64,000 bases of DNA from Octopus vulgaris (GCA_951406725.2 OX597826.1:58404001-58468000); one strand, 5' to 3'; positions 45,200-59,281 are shown, counted from the stretch's first letter. Notes: generated by a model from the sequence alone, not told the origin. Numbers and translations: made by a program.

Positions 45200-47085
45200 T
45201 TTTATCAGGCACGTCAGGGTCATCAGCATTTCGCCCTTCAACCAGTGCATTTCGCCTGAGTGGAGCAACGAGGAATGGATTAACCTTCGCTAGCAAAAAA
45301 GTTCCAATTGCAGTCTCGTGAAAACCAGAACCAGCTTCAACTAGTTTCAGTTACCATGGCTGTTTGAGTTCCAAACCAATCTTTTACAGGAAATAGCGTT
45401 CTGATCCTGCTGGAAAAGAAGTGGACTGACATCCTTCGACAAGAGTTTCCTCTAGCGAGTCTTGGTATTTGGTTTACTTCATTACGTGAGATATGACAAG
45501 TTTTTTCTCCAAGAGCAATGTGAGTTCGGTTGCTAATGATCGTTTTCATGTTTCTGGATTCCAGGAACATGCCTGGTCGGAGCGATGTCACTGCTACCTT
45601 TTCTCGAAAGAGGTGCCTCCCCTTCAGATCTGCTTGAATCTTCTTGTTAGAGGTTCCATGCAAAATAGAAAACGGGTTCTCCACTGGCGCGTTTGTCTTA
45701 GGGACCTTAGAACTTTCCTTTAGGGATTTGATACTTTTGCGTATTGATGTCTGCCGTTTGGTAGTCTTAGCTCTTTGCAGCCCCTCCTCCTTTGCAACTT
45801 CTGTATGGACCTTGTTATGCATCCCCTTACATCGGCCTTCTAGAACCTAGGTCAAGCTGGGGTTCATGATGTAAAGATTTGCTTCATGATTTCTACAGAA
45901 TAGGTTTTCTTTGCCCCAGATTTTAAAGTTATTTGAGGTTAGCAAGAGGTCAGCGACAGCACACTGATGGAAGGAAAATTTTCCCAAGCTCTACTCTTAA
46001 TCGTCGCTCAAGTGCCAGATAGAGAGCAAGCACTACCGTCGGTTGAATCTCAGATCATTGGCACTGTGAATTTTCTCTTGTCCTTTGTATTGGCATATTT
46101 TCACCTACCAGTGCTCTAGTTATTAAAGCCTAACTGCCCTTAACAGAGTAGCCCGACAGTCTTTTAGCACTTCTCGTACGATTCTGCTTCCTTTAATGTC
46201 CAGGAACTTTCATTTCTTGCTGCTCATTATGGATTGTTTTTACCAGATTCGCTTTGATTTCTTCCACCACTAATGGAATTGGTAAGCTGAAAATTAATGG
46301 TCATTCTCTAGACCGAGCTGAAAGTTAAGGAGAACGTATCGGCGCTTTCGCATAAATTTACTGCACAGTATACCCACTGCCTTCACCTGAGCCTTGGAGA
46401 AGTCATAATGCAAGAATGGCCATTGCAATCTGGGTTTGATGACATAGAGGAAGCATCCAAGTGGCTCGCTTTGAACCAGTTGTTTATTTGGTCTTAAACA
46501 GATATAGCGTTGCCGTTGTCATTCAGGATCCTCTCATCATTCTTCCTCAGGTATCGGATTCCTTTTCCCAGTTTTTTTTAAATCTCAGATCTCTGAATAC
46601 TCAAACTGTTACTTGTCAGCCGTCCTTTTCAGGTTCCTTAGCCTATGAGATTACTCTGGGTTAGTTTCCATATGTATCCATGCATCCATCTTTTCCAATG
46701 ACAACGAAGTCTGCTGCGTTTTTTTTTTTTTTTGAGCGACAGTATTATAACTGTTATGTTATCCACAAATCAGAGCATGAACATCACTGAATTCCAGGTT
46801 TCTTGATTCCAAAAAGGCAGAATTTTTTTCTAATAATTCAATATATATCCATAAAGGCCCTACATACTGTATACCACGTATTATCATTTTCCATCACGAA
46901 CAGGGTTAAAAATATTGCGCACCCTGCCATAATGTCCTTTGTGAGTTTCTGCCATTCTGTGGCAAAATTCCATCTAATAAACATTATACATTATTTACAT
47001 TATTTACATTTGACGGGCATATGACGTAGTGGTTAAGAGCGCGGGCTACTAACCTCAAGATTCCGAGTTCGATTCCAGGCATTGG

Positions 47086-47154
<69 letters not shown>

Positions 47155-47590
47155 CAACAACATCGAAAAATACCTTAGGAATGAGAACCCAGGTTCGAAA
47201 TTTCCCCGAGATATCTGATGAAGGCTAGAGGGTATATCAGCCGAAACGTTGAGTTAACAACAAACAAGATAAGGACAAATATCCGTCAAATGTAAATAAT
47301 GTACATAATTCCTCATCTCTTAAATTTAGAAGAGTAAACATTATATTCAGCAAAACCACGTACGATATCATAAGCTTGACGACTGCCGTTGCTTGATGGT
47401 CCTTCAATACGCTTTGCATTAGATAGCGGAGCACACTTGGATAGGTTTTGGCGAAATCTAAATGTATTGCTGAGAGCGCAAAGTTGTTTCTTTTTGCCTC
47501 CTTAAAGATGTGACCGATTGCAGGTGTATATTCAAGGCAACCGAGTAGCCTGAGGCTCCGCCTTTGTGGGTATTCTTGCCCAAGCATGTG
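45200..47590 (-). mobile_element. Decayed 3' half of a restriction-like-endonuclease non-LTR retrotransposon (Hero/NeSL-like), interrupted at about 46985-47325
   Basis: Ordered motifs: GCLEYT..IFKEAK..LDFAKTYPSV (RT), EWQKLTKDIMAGC, AFMD, IKPRLQWPFLHYD, LPIPLVVEEIK, EGRCKGMHNKV (RHD-like), TSLRPGMFLES...ELT (RPD..ELT endonuclease). Many stops and frameshifts. Confidence 0.8.
46985..47325 (+). mobile_element. tRNA-headed SINE-like element with (AAT)n linker and hammerhead-bearing tail
   Basis: A-box-like TGACGTAGTGG 47022-47032, B-box GAGTTCGATTCC 47065-47076, CTGATGA 47215-47221, GAAACGTT 47243-47250, and a 21-bp inverted copy of its tail at the 5' end. Confidence 0.75.
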
Positions 47591-47730
47591 TTACCGCGGG
47601 GATGCGTATAATGGTGGTTATTGTTGCGATGGAGGTAGAGATGGTGAAGGTAATAGTGGTGTTGGTGTTACGGATGGTGAGTATCACTAACGTATTTATA
47701 GTGGTGAAGGTAGTGGTGGTATTGGTGGTA

Positions 47731-47959
47731 GCTGGCAGAAACGTTAGCACGCCAGGCGAAATGCTTAGCGGTATTTCGTCTGTCTTTACGTTCTGAGTTC
47801 AAATTCCGCCGAGGTCGACTTTGCCTTTCATCCTTTCGGGGTCGATAAATTAAGTACCAGTTACGCACTGGGGTCGATGAAATCGACTTAATACCTATGT
47901 CTGTCCTTGTTTGTCCCCTCTGTGTTTAGCCCCTTCTGGGTAATAAAGAAATAGGTATT
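47731..47959 (+). mobile_element. SINE family B monomer with long tail
   Basis: gctggcagaaacgttagcacgccaggcgaaatgcttagcggtatt...aaagaaataggtatt. Confidence 0.9.
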
Positions 47960-49830
47960 GGTGGTAGTGTTCCTGGTGTTCTGGTTGGTAGTGGTAGCAG
48001 GATGGTAGTGTGGCTATTGTTGTTGTTGTAGTAGTAGTTGTTGTTGTTGGTGGTGGAGGTGGCGGAGATGATGGTGGTGATATTGGTGATGGTAGCATTG
48101 GTGGTGGTAGTATTGGTGGTGCTGGTCTTAGTGTTAGTGGTGATGACGATGGCGATTATGATGGTAGTGTTGGTGTTGGTGGTGACGATAAAGTTGATAG
48201 TAGTGGTAGGGGTGGTGTTAGTGAGGAGGGTTATGATAGTTGTGGAGGCGATGGTAGTCTTCTTATTATAGGTGGTGGTGGTTTTGGTGGTAGTGATGGT
48301 AGTTTTGGTGGTGGTGGTTGTGGTGATTGTAGTTGTGATGGTAGTTGTGGTGGTAGTGGCTGTGATGGTAGTTCTGGTGGTAGTGGTGGTAGTGATGATG
48401 CTAATAGTGGTGGTGGTTGTGGTGGTGCGGGTGGTAGTGATGGTGTTATTGTTGTTGTAGTTGTTATTGTTGTTGTTGGTGGTGGTGGTGAACGTGGTGG
48501 TGGTTGTGGTTGTGGTGGTAGTGGTGGTGATAGTGGTGGTGGTAGTGATGGTGTTGGTATTGGCCGTGGTGATAATAGTGGTGATGGTGGTGTTGGTAGT
48601 GGTGAAGGTGGTGATGGTGACGGTGATGGTGGTGGTGTTGGTAGTGTTGATGGTGGTGGTGATGAAGAAAATCCAAGATATGGCTGGTGCTAAGCTGGAG
48701 ACAGAGACCCAGTTAAGACCCAGTTAATTAGGTAAAAGTACATATAAGGACTTAACTTCATTAGGTAAACTGCAGATAATGAAGGATTCCTTCAGCCCGA
48801 CCCCTACCGCATCCAAATCTATCCCTAAATAAACACCCACTAACCCCTAAACTTAACCTTTACACAAGCCCCACCCCCCAATCCCAGTTCTTTCTGGCAA
48901 GTCAAACAGTGGACAGATGTTCAATGAAAGAAATGGTAATAAACGGAAGGGAAGTTATGGGTTATAGGGGGTGGTGGTGGGTACCGGTGATAGGGATTTT
49001 GGTGGTGGTTGTGGTGGCGACGGTGATGGCGATGGTGGTGATAGTGGTGGTGGTGGTGGTGGTAGTCGTTGTCGTGGTAGGCATAGTCGTTGTCGTGAGG
49101 GCGAGGGTGGCGGTGTTGGTGGTAGTTTGGTGGTGGTGGCAGTTTGGTGGTGGTGGCTATGGTGATGGTTGTTGATGGTGGGTTCGCGGTGGTGGTTTTT
49201 GACGTTTTAGTGGTAGCGGTAGTGGTGGAAATAGTTGTGGTAGTAATGGTTGTAGTAGTAGTTGTGGTTGTGGTGGTGGTGGTGGTGGTGGTGGCGGTGG
49301 CGGTGGCGTCGATGGTGATCGGGTCGGTTGTGATGGTGGTGGTGGTGGTGGTGATGGTCGTGGTAGTCATCGTTATAGGGTGTTGGTGCTGGTGGTGGTT
49401 TGGTAGTGTCTGTGGTAGTGGTGTTGGTGGTGGGTTGGTGGTAGTGGGGAAGATTTTGGTATTAGCGATGGTGGTCGTGGTAGTCATGGTGGCTGTGGCG
49501 GTAGTAGTGGAAATGGTTGTGGTGGTGGTGGTGGTTGCTGTGGTGGTCGTGGTGATGGTGGAGGTGGTTGTGTTAGTCTTATCGGCATTTATAGTAGTTT
49601 GGTGGTGACAGTTTTGGTGGTTGTGGTGCAGGTAGTAGTAGGAGGGGCTGCATCACAACCACAATCACCACAACCATAGTAATGAAGGCGGGGTTATTAG
49701 TGGTAGGGGTTATAGTGGAGTTTTGGTAGCGGTAGTGGTTATGATGGTAGTGGTAATAGTAGAGGAAGTTGTGGTGGTGATGGTGATGGCAGAGGGGGTA
49801 ATGACGGCAATGGCGATTGTAGTGATTCTT
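47960..49830. repeat. (GGT)n-derived low-complexity tracts
   Basis: Directly visible; source of the Gly- and Val-rich ORFs. Confidence 0.9.
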
Positions 49831-49857
49831 GTTGTCATCATATTTTAACCCCAGAAG

Positions 49858-49945
49858 GCTAAAAGCCCTCCATAGCCAAAGGCCCTCCATGACTAAAGGC
49901 CCTCCAAGGATAAACGCCCTCCATCGATAAAGGCCTTCCAAGGTC
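49858..49945. repeat. 17-bp minisatellite, about 5 copies
   Basis: aaaggccctccatgact-like units. Confidence 0.75.
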
Positions 49946-49954
49946 CACATGACC

Positions 49955-50172
49955 CTTCGGGCTCCGTATAAGATTTGTTAAAATTTATGCGCAAGAAATC
50001 GGTTATACTTCTACAATACACAAAATATATATATATAAAAATTATACAATTCCTAATATTTAATTATAAAAATATGATAGAATTCATTTTAAGCATTGAA
50101 TGGTTATGTCGGTTCACTTAAGTAAAATAGGAATCAAAAGGGTCCATAGGTAAAAATGGTTGAAAACCACTG
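49955..50172. mobile_element. End of a hAT/Charlie-type DNA element
   Basis: Terminal ...gggtccataggtaaaaatggttgaaaaccactg, the reverse complement of a CAGTGGTTTTCAACC TIR. Confidence 0.55.
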
Positions 50173-50531
50173 GTTTGTACATCAAGATTTCTAATGGCAA
50201 ACGTAGAGAGACTGTTAGTTGAATGAATGAAAATGTAAATAGTAGTATTGGCAGTAGAAAACAGTGAGAGGAGACAGAGTATTGATATGTTAGCAATATG
50301 AGGTAAGTATTGGACAGAGTAGGTGTGGTGTATCATTAGATATAGTAGAGGATATAGAGAATAATGGGTAGAATATGCATATACATACATATATATATAT
50401 GTCACTTAGCGGTTCGGCAAAAAGGGTCCGATAGAATAAGTACTGGGCTTACAAAGAATAAGTCCCGGGGTCGATTTGCTCGACTAAAGGCGGTGCTCCA
50501 GCATGGCTGCAGTCAAATGACTGAAACAAGT

Positions 50532-50582
<51 letters not shown>

Positions 50583-50584
50583 TG

Positions 50585-50868
50585 ATACCCCCTCCGGTCA
50601 TGATTGACCACGGGATTGCGCCTAGAAAGTTAACCTCTCAGTCCGAGCAAGGTAGTTTATGGAAGACCAGCAATCGCACATGCATACCAGCCGTCCCTCT
50701 CCACGCCACCAATGTTATCCAAGGAAAACGCAAAGGCCGATACAACTTGGCACCAGCAACGTGAAATAAAGTGTATTGCTCAAGAACACAGCACGCACCC
50801 TGGTCCGGGATTCGACCTCACAACCTCATAATCGTAAGCTCGACGCTCTAACCACTGAGCCATGCGAC
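50585..50868 (-). mobile_element. tRNA-derived SINE family D
   Basis: Reverse complement head gcatggctcagtggttagagcgtcgagc...ggtcgaatcccggacc. Confidence 0.85.
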
Positions 50869-50915
<47 letters not shown>

Positions 50916-51499
50916 ACACACACACAACATATAAGCGGGATGACCACTACATGGACATCCATTATGCTAGAAGTAGATCCGCTAGGGTCATACCACTAAG
51001 GAAGCAATGTTCTCAAGAAAAATTTAGCAAACGCCAGAACGCAAGCGAGCAAGACAAATGCAAAGAAACAAAATGTAGACTAATCATAAACTGATTTCGC
51101 TATTAACACTTACGCATATTACTTACGTATTTGTCCGTAACTCTTCAGTATGATCGTCATTGCAAATATAATTGAAGAACTATACACGAGGCGTTCGCAT
51201 GAGATTGAAGATGTATACAGTTCTACCAATTACACTTGGGGTTATCTTTCAAAAGTCTTCATTTCGGCGCGCTAAAATACCGGAAATAATTCTGCAGAAA
51301 ATAATTCTCTGCAGTGAATTTATATATATATATATGCGAGAAAGTATCAAAGTTCATTGAAGCTAGAAGTAGAAATATAAATGGTTTGTAAGTACGTGGG
51401 ACTTCATTACGTAAACATGATATACAGTAAAGTATACTAAATGTTTTTTATAAATCAGTCCCACGTTCTACTGCATAAGCAATGCTTCTTATATTAGTA

Positions 51500-52185
51500 T
51501 GTTAATTTTATATCTACACATATTCTTTAGAAATCATAACCAGTACCGGTTTTTGCTACAACATTTCGTATCGGGACGTCAGATGTAAACAAACAATGAG
51601 TTTCTTTTCTGTCCGATATCATTGTTTGTTTATATATATACTAGCAGCATAGCCCGGCGTTGCCCAGGTATGTAAGAGCCCCTAGGAGGCAACGACTAAT
51701 CCCAATCTAGTCCTTTCCCTCTATGGAACGAAGGCGCATGCGTAGGTTGCAATGTCTTCTCTTCACTCCCAAATAACTATCAAACAGCTATCGATAATTC
51801 AACCCAACCAATTCCTACCAGGAAGAAATTACATTCGAGACTTTACCCCCAACTCCGCCACTTCTGCTAATAGCTGCTGCAGCCGCAAGTTATTCGAATA
51901 CTTTTTTTGTTTAAACTTTCTTTATAACTACCACCCCAAACGGGGGAACTTTTCAAAATTTTCGCTGCGTTAGTTTTGAATTATGACATTGGGCTATGTG
52001 TGCGTCAAGTTTCATCAGAGTCGGTTGAAAGCCGTGGTCAGGGTGAGGGTACAACCTGACAGACACACAGACACACAGACAAACAAACTGCCGTTTATAT
52101 ATAGAGAGATGACGCCTCGATACGAAACGTTGTAGCAAAACTCAGTGCTGACTATTGTTTCTATGGAATATTTGTAGAACTAACC
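51500..52185. mobile_element. Palindromic (foldback) MITE split by a Helitron
   Basis: Left arm tctacacatattctttagaa...ttttgctacaacatttcgtatcgggacgtca...aaacaaacaatga mirrors 51619-51640 plus 52110-52180. Confidence 0.7.
51641..52109 (-). mobile_element. Non-autonomous Helitron
   Basis: Minus strand begins TCTCTCTATATATAAA and ends with a GC hairpin (cctgggcaacgccggg) then CTAG. Inserted between A and T with no TSD. Confidence 0.8.
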
Positions 52186-52739
52186 ATAAAAAAAATAGTA
52201 GAAGTACACAGCTGAACGTTGTTCAAAGTTTCCAAGATTCACACTTAGAATATAAGATATTTAAAACTAGTGTGAAGAGACTTTAGACATCGGAATATCT
52301 ACAACAAACACATGGATCCAAAAACACGGGTGTCTAAATAGGGTAGCTTATTTACACATTTAGTTTACTCTAACCCTGGAGGGACTCCATAAGCTTTAGC
52401 CAGATTCGAACCGTTAGACATTCGCTTTGTATTTCAACGACGTGCTCTTGCTTCAGGAGAGCAACAACTCGATAAAATAACATCTGTTCAAAGATTTAAT
52501 GCCTGCCATCAGCTATTTAAGAAGTTTATTTCAAACACTAATACACACACACACGCGCGCATGCACACACAAACACACACTGACACACGCAGACATACAC
52601 ACACACATACACACGAAGACATACACACACGCGCGCGCGCACAAACACACGCATACACACATATATGTATCCATAGATGTATATGTATATATATGTATAT
52701 ATATAAGCATATATATATACATATATATATAGATGCATA

Positions 52740-52785
<46 letters not shown>

Positions 52786-53177
52786 TATGTTTACATATAT
52801 ACATATATAAATATGTATATGTATGTATGTATATATATATATGTCTATCCATATGTATGCATATATATTTGTATATACGTGTGCTTGAAGAGCCCTGTAT
52901 AAAAGCAATCTATTCATTGGGTGATTTTATTTTTAATCCCTAACACGCTATTCTCCTCTTTGTGCGCCATTACAAATATTTTCTGAAATGAGAATTAGAA
53001 ACCTTTAATCTTTAATTCTGGATAATTTATTTATTTATTTTTACTTAATCTTTTATATTTGGTTCATGTATTTTTATTATATTTGTTTCTTCGCCTGTTT
53101 CTGTTTATACTTTTATTTTTGAATTTTTGTTTGTTTTTCAGATATTTTCAATTTCAGAGAAAGTAAAGAAAGTTAAG

Positions 53178-53285
<108 letters not shown>

Positions 53286-53497
53286 GGAAGAGAGGGAGTG
53301 AGAGAAATATGTATGTATAATATATGTTATATGAAATACATATATATGTATATATACATATACGCATAAATATATATTATATAACTATGCATATATTTGT
53401 ATGCCTATGTAAAAGCATGTATGCGTGAATGTGTGTATAATACCCGTATACATTGTATATATCGAATATAAATATGTGTAATATATGTAAACGTATG

Positions 53498-53539
<42 letters not shown>

Positions 53540-53547
53540 TGTATGTA

Positions 53548-53597
<50 letters not shown>

Positions 53598-54067
53598 GTA
53601 ACGCATAAAGTAAAATGTTTATATATATTAAATATATATATATATATATATTAATTGACCATTCATCGCATACAATATGTATGTATATAAACGTAGATCT
53701 CTATATGTATCTGTGTGTGTATGTACATAAATGTATATACATATATACATATTTTTATATATATATACATGTATGCATACACACACAGAAATAAACACGT
53801 GCGCACGCACGCACACAAATACATGCTATTACGTATATATGTAATAACAGATGGTAGCATATTTTCTATTTTTCGATTTGTGCCTCAATGTGAATAAAAT
53901 ATCGTTGCAAATACAATTCAAATAAGATCCACAGCATATGTATGTATGTAATATTTATATATGTATGTTCGTACGTATGTATGTATGTATATGTATATAG
54001 ATAAATAGATAGATAGATAGATAATCATATATATGATATATATATATATATATATATATACACATGT

Positions 54068-54132
<65 letters not shown>

Positions 54133-54569
54133 CACATACAGATATATATATATATATGTAGATGCGTATACACACATATAAATGCTTGTATATATGTATA
54201 GTAGGATATATATATGTAAATATTATACATGCATATATTTTATATACCTAATCTATACGGGTATATGTATTATTCATGTATTAAGTGTGTATGCATAATA
54301 TATATGTAGATAAGTGTGTGTATGTGTGTGTATGTATAAGTAGATGTATATATAAGTGCCTATACCCACACGGTCACACACGCATACCCTGCCACCCCTA
54401 TTCTCGTATTTACCCCGGTAATTTAACCACAAATTTAAGACAAAACAAGACGTACACGAAAGAAAAAAGAAAAATGAACAGCAAATTTTGTTCTTATTCA
54501 AATTTCTTTGTTTTCCCGCTAGCTGGGTGTTTGTTGTTGTTTTTTTGTAGCTGTTGTCCTTTACGTCAT

Positions 54570-54975
54570 AATTCTTCTTCTTCTTCTTCTTCTTCTTCTT
54601 CTTCTTCTTCTTCTTCTTCTTCTTTCTTCTTCTTCTTCTTCTTCTTCTTCTTCTTCTTCTTCTTCTCCTCCTTCTTCTCCTTCTTCTCCTTCTTCTTTCT
54701 TCTTCTTCTTCTTCTTCTTCTTCTTCTTCTCCTCCTTCTTCTCCTCCTTCTTCTCCTTCTTCTTCTTCTTCTTCTTCTTCTTCTTCTTCTTCTTCTTCTT
54801 CTTCTTCTTCTTCTTCTTCTTCTTCTTCTTCTTCTTCTTCTTCTTCTTCAACTTATTCTGCTTCTTCAATTTCTTCTTCTTCTTCTTCTTCTTCTTCTTC
54901 TTCTTCTTCTTCTTCTTCTTCTTCTTCTTCTTCTTCTTCTTCTTCTTCTTCTTCTCCTCCTCCTCCTCCTCCGTC
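54570..54975. repeat. Long (TTC)n/(CTC)n tract of about 400 bp
   Basis: Directly visible. Confidence 0.95.
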
Positions 54976-55685
54976 CTCCTTTTAACCGCCTAATATTCTG
55001 CGCTTTCACATTAAACAGTGTTTCTTACCCTTTTTTCCTTTTTTCTTTCAACGGAAACGGGAGCTTCTCCTCTCTACTTTTATTTCCCTCGTGTGTATGC
55101 GTGTGCGCGTGTGTGTACGTGTATATAGGCGCATATGTTTAAGTGTGTGTCTCTTCACATGTGTCGTGTATGTGTGTGAGTGTGCTTTATTTTCTTTTTA
55201 ACTGCTTTTTACTGTAATTTCAACCCCATACAAAACAACAAGCTCTTTACTTTATTCTATTTGCTCTACTGTTTATTTAAATTTATGGAAATTTTTGTTT
55301 ATTTTTTTTCATGGCGATTTTCTCTGGTTAAACAGAAATGGAAACTAAAAACTTCAACAACAAAAACATGAAGCAAAAACAAAAAAAAAAAAAAATAACA
55401 AAACAACAACAAACTATTGTAACAGCAATTGAAAAAAAAAAAAACGCTAACATTAACCATACTATAAAACAAGTCATAAAAATAATTATATCAAAATCTT
55501 TCGCTGTGATTTTCAGAATCTTTCACAGCGTGTGGTTGATAGGTGGGTTAACTAGATTTGCAACTCCTATTTACTATTTTCTCCATTGAATACATCATTG
55601 GTGCTTCTGCAGTGAAAAATTGACAAAATAGGTTCTTATAAACGAAGAGGAAAATATGAATATAGAAGAATATAACCATAAGAAA

Positions 55686-55816
<131 letters not shown>

Positions 55817-58800
55817 TTAATAGTGAGGGTAGATGGTTTCGACTATTACATTGCCTACAAAATTTGCTGGCATTGCGCCTATATTTGAAACCATTCTTCT
55901 TCTTCTTCTTCTTCTTCTTCTTCTTCTTCTTCTTCTTCTTCTTCTTCTTCTTCTTCTTCTTCATCATCATCATCTTCTTCTTCTTCTTCTTCTTCTTCTT
56001 CTTCTTCTCCTTCTTCTTCTTCTTCTTCTTCTCTCTGTCTCGTAGCCCATCCGCTCAAAAGGTTCCATGTTTCCAGAAGTGAGTTATTTAAACCCCAAAG
56101 AATCTCTGTCAACACATGGCTATGATGCTCTCCAACTTCTCCTACTCTTAACAGAGATGCACATATCGTCTGCCATTAAGGGACATGCTCAACTGGTTAT
56201 GGTCAAGCAAATGACAGACAAATCTCTGGTATTGAGCAGAATATTTTTTATCGCCCATTCTTTATGCCAAGACAAAACATGTACTTGACAGCACTTCCAA
56301 TGAGCGGGATGATTTTTTCCGGCACTTTTTGAGTACAAATCCTGTTGCCATCAGCTTTACTTTTATTCCCCGAATGATACTAAAATAAAGTACCAGTTAA
56401 AAACTAGAGTCATTGATATTGACTAAACACTTGTGCCTAAATTAGAAACCATGAGAAAGTGGAAAATGTCTGTTTGTAAATTTGTATTTGTAAAATGGAT
56501 AGTTTTCTGCAAAAAAAAAAAAAAAAGAAATATATATATATCGTTCGAAAGAAAATTTTAAAACTGATCGTTATGAACAAATAATAACACAGCATAAGTG
56601 AAAGAGAGTTTAATTGAAGCAAAGAGAGTGGTGGCGAGATGACTATGTCAAGTGTCTCGGTTTGTAATTACAGCGCTGGTGAATATAGTAACCACAGTCA
56701 CCATCAAAGAGCAGAAGGAAAGTCGTTAGTGTCATCTGCTTCGAATAAACTTGATGGTATAAAAAAAAAAAAAAAGCAGAAACCCCGACGGCGTCAACAA
56801 CAACAACAACAACAACAACAGCACAACAACAACAGCAATGAAATGAAAATTAAGTAAACTTCATACTTTACGAAAACATGTTGTCAGGATTATATCAAAG
56901 GCTCCCAGAGGATCCCACTCTAGGCCTTTAAAGCTTGGCAATAAAATAGTAAAGATTTATGAAATAAAATTGACTGTTCACTTGAGACTAATGTTTAAAG
57001 TTTATCACAATTCTATACCAAAATGTGTTCACGAAAAATTTATAAAGAATATTCGCAAATAACCGGCGACTTATTTTAGGGTAGCATTCAAATGTAACAG
57101 TTATGTCATAATAAAATTTAATAAAATCAGCTACCTGTATCGTTGACCAATTGTCTGGAATCATTTTGTGTGCAAAGATGCGATTCTCTCTAGTCTCAAA
57201 AGATGTTAAAAAAATATGTTTAAAAGATGCTGTTTCGGTAATCAAAAATATTTAGTAACATTAAAAACATATCTAAAAATTTGTAAATAAAATTATTTTA
57301 AATGACTTTACATAAAGTCCTTCTCTTGCAGGCTGTCATGAAATGGACGATGGATTTTTACTGCAATCTTTCTCAATGGTCTCACATGCCTGAGTAGTGC
57401 ATTCTCAATAGTGAACTACGTCATACCATTCCTAAGCACCCCTTTATTCTATTCTTTGTAAATAGTGTATCATACGTTTTTTTATGCAACTTTTTTTTCA
57501 CATTTAGTGAAATAAAAAAATAGAGAAAAATCTTCGCCTGTTTTGTAATTCACCATAAGTAGATTGCGCAATCAACGGATTCCAGGGAAGAATATGTCAT
57601 AATATATAAATGGAACATGCCTTTGTGTCATGAAACTTCCAGTCGCCGAGGAACACCGCTCCCAGAAAAATAAAATCTTTGTCTATAAGAACGAAAATTA
57701 CGGTATCAACCACACCTACGTATATGAAAAAATGGCTACAGGAAGTGAGGGCCCCTGTAGCCTATATAGCGAGTAGTAAACAACAGGAACATTTGCTGTA
57801 TGTAACAATGAGTGGGGGATAGGGCTGTGGCTCCAGGCACTTGCTCGTCGCAAGTGCTTATGACACATCTACTTGGGAAGACGTGTGATGAGGGGTCACC
57901 AATGTGCTACCCAACTTGGCTAGCACAGGCTAGAATAGTGGCAATGATAGAGGGCCACAGGGAAGTAACAGAACACAAGTAGACTGTCCAGTAGACTAAA
58001 ACAATTGTCTTGGAGTTCCAGATGATGGTGGGTCCCAAGTACTGGCATTCCAGACCTTTCTAAGTTTAAAAAGAACAGGGTGAGCAAACGTGAGTGGCGG
58101 TGGAAGAGAGAAAAGTATGTTGTAGAAAATGAAAGAGCAGAAAATTTCACTGTTATCTTTTAGCAGGAAACTTTAGATAAGGTAATCAAAGATTCACTGT
58201 GATTGGTCCAAAAGAAAAAAAATGCGGACAAGATTACCATACCTGCGAATTCTTTAATTTACAGGTCAGCTTGACCCACGTTGAGTTTGGGTTAGTGGTG
58301 AAACCGATTTGATAAATAAATGTTTTTAAACGTTCCACAGTCCATTTTCAAACTTCCTTCACGCCTTCGCTCTCGCTCTCACTCTCTCCCCTCTCCCCCT
58401 CTCCCTCTCTCATTTCCCTTCTCCTTTTGTATATATATGTGTGTGTATGTAAGTATATATGTATGCATACACACACATATATACATACATGCATACATAT
58501 AGACGCACGCACGTATACGCACGCATGTACACACATATAGAAAAGTATGCATTTATGTTTAGAATGTGCATGTGCATGTGCTGGCATACTTGAAAATACG
58601 CACGCACACACCCACCTACACACACAAACACACACACACATGTATACATATACAATTTTGCAAATACCTTCGTAAGAATTTCAATGAGAAAAAAACTCCA
58701 GGATATTATATATACTGGACTTGTAAATAGATAGGTGTGGCTATAAATTGTGTAAGAACAGGATGCAAGGGAGAAGGTCAGGTGGATAGGGTGAAAGGTA

Positions 58801-59048
58801 AAAAAGAACGAAAGAACGAAAGAAAGAAAGAAAAAGAAAGAAAGAAAGAAATAGAGGAAAGAAGTGTAAACCCGAGTGATAATAATGAATTCAAAAATGG
58901 AAGAAAAGAACTAAAGGGAAACGGAGAGTATACACAAACACTCACACACTCTTATATACACACACGTGCAAATACACACATACACACACACTCATGGACA
59001 CATGAATACACGCATGTATATATGTATACATACATATATCTATCTATC

Positions 59049-59079
<31 letters not shown>

Positions 59080-59096
59080 CACATACATATATATCT

Positions 59097-59155
<59 letters not shown>

Positions 59156-59178
59156 TATATACATACATATATAGATAT

Positions 59179-59254
<76 letters not shown>

Positions 59255-59281
59255 TCATCACCATATATATATATATATATA

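Noticed and set aside
45230-45250. CCCTTCAACCAG resembling part of miR-133
   Set aside because: The seed region is absent, there is no precursor hairpin, and it lies in a retrotransposon 3' UTR.
48010-48693. Gly-rich ORFs (also 3496-3936 and 36832-37170) resembling structural proteins
   Set aside because: Degenerate (GGT)n tracts that are open in several frames, with no splice or signal-peptide support.
48795-48885. Interstitial telomere-like (CCCTAA) tract
   Set aside because: Too degenerate; only isolated hexamers match.
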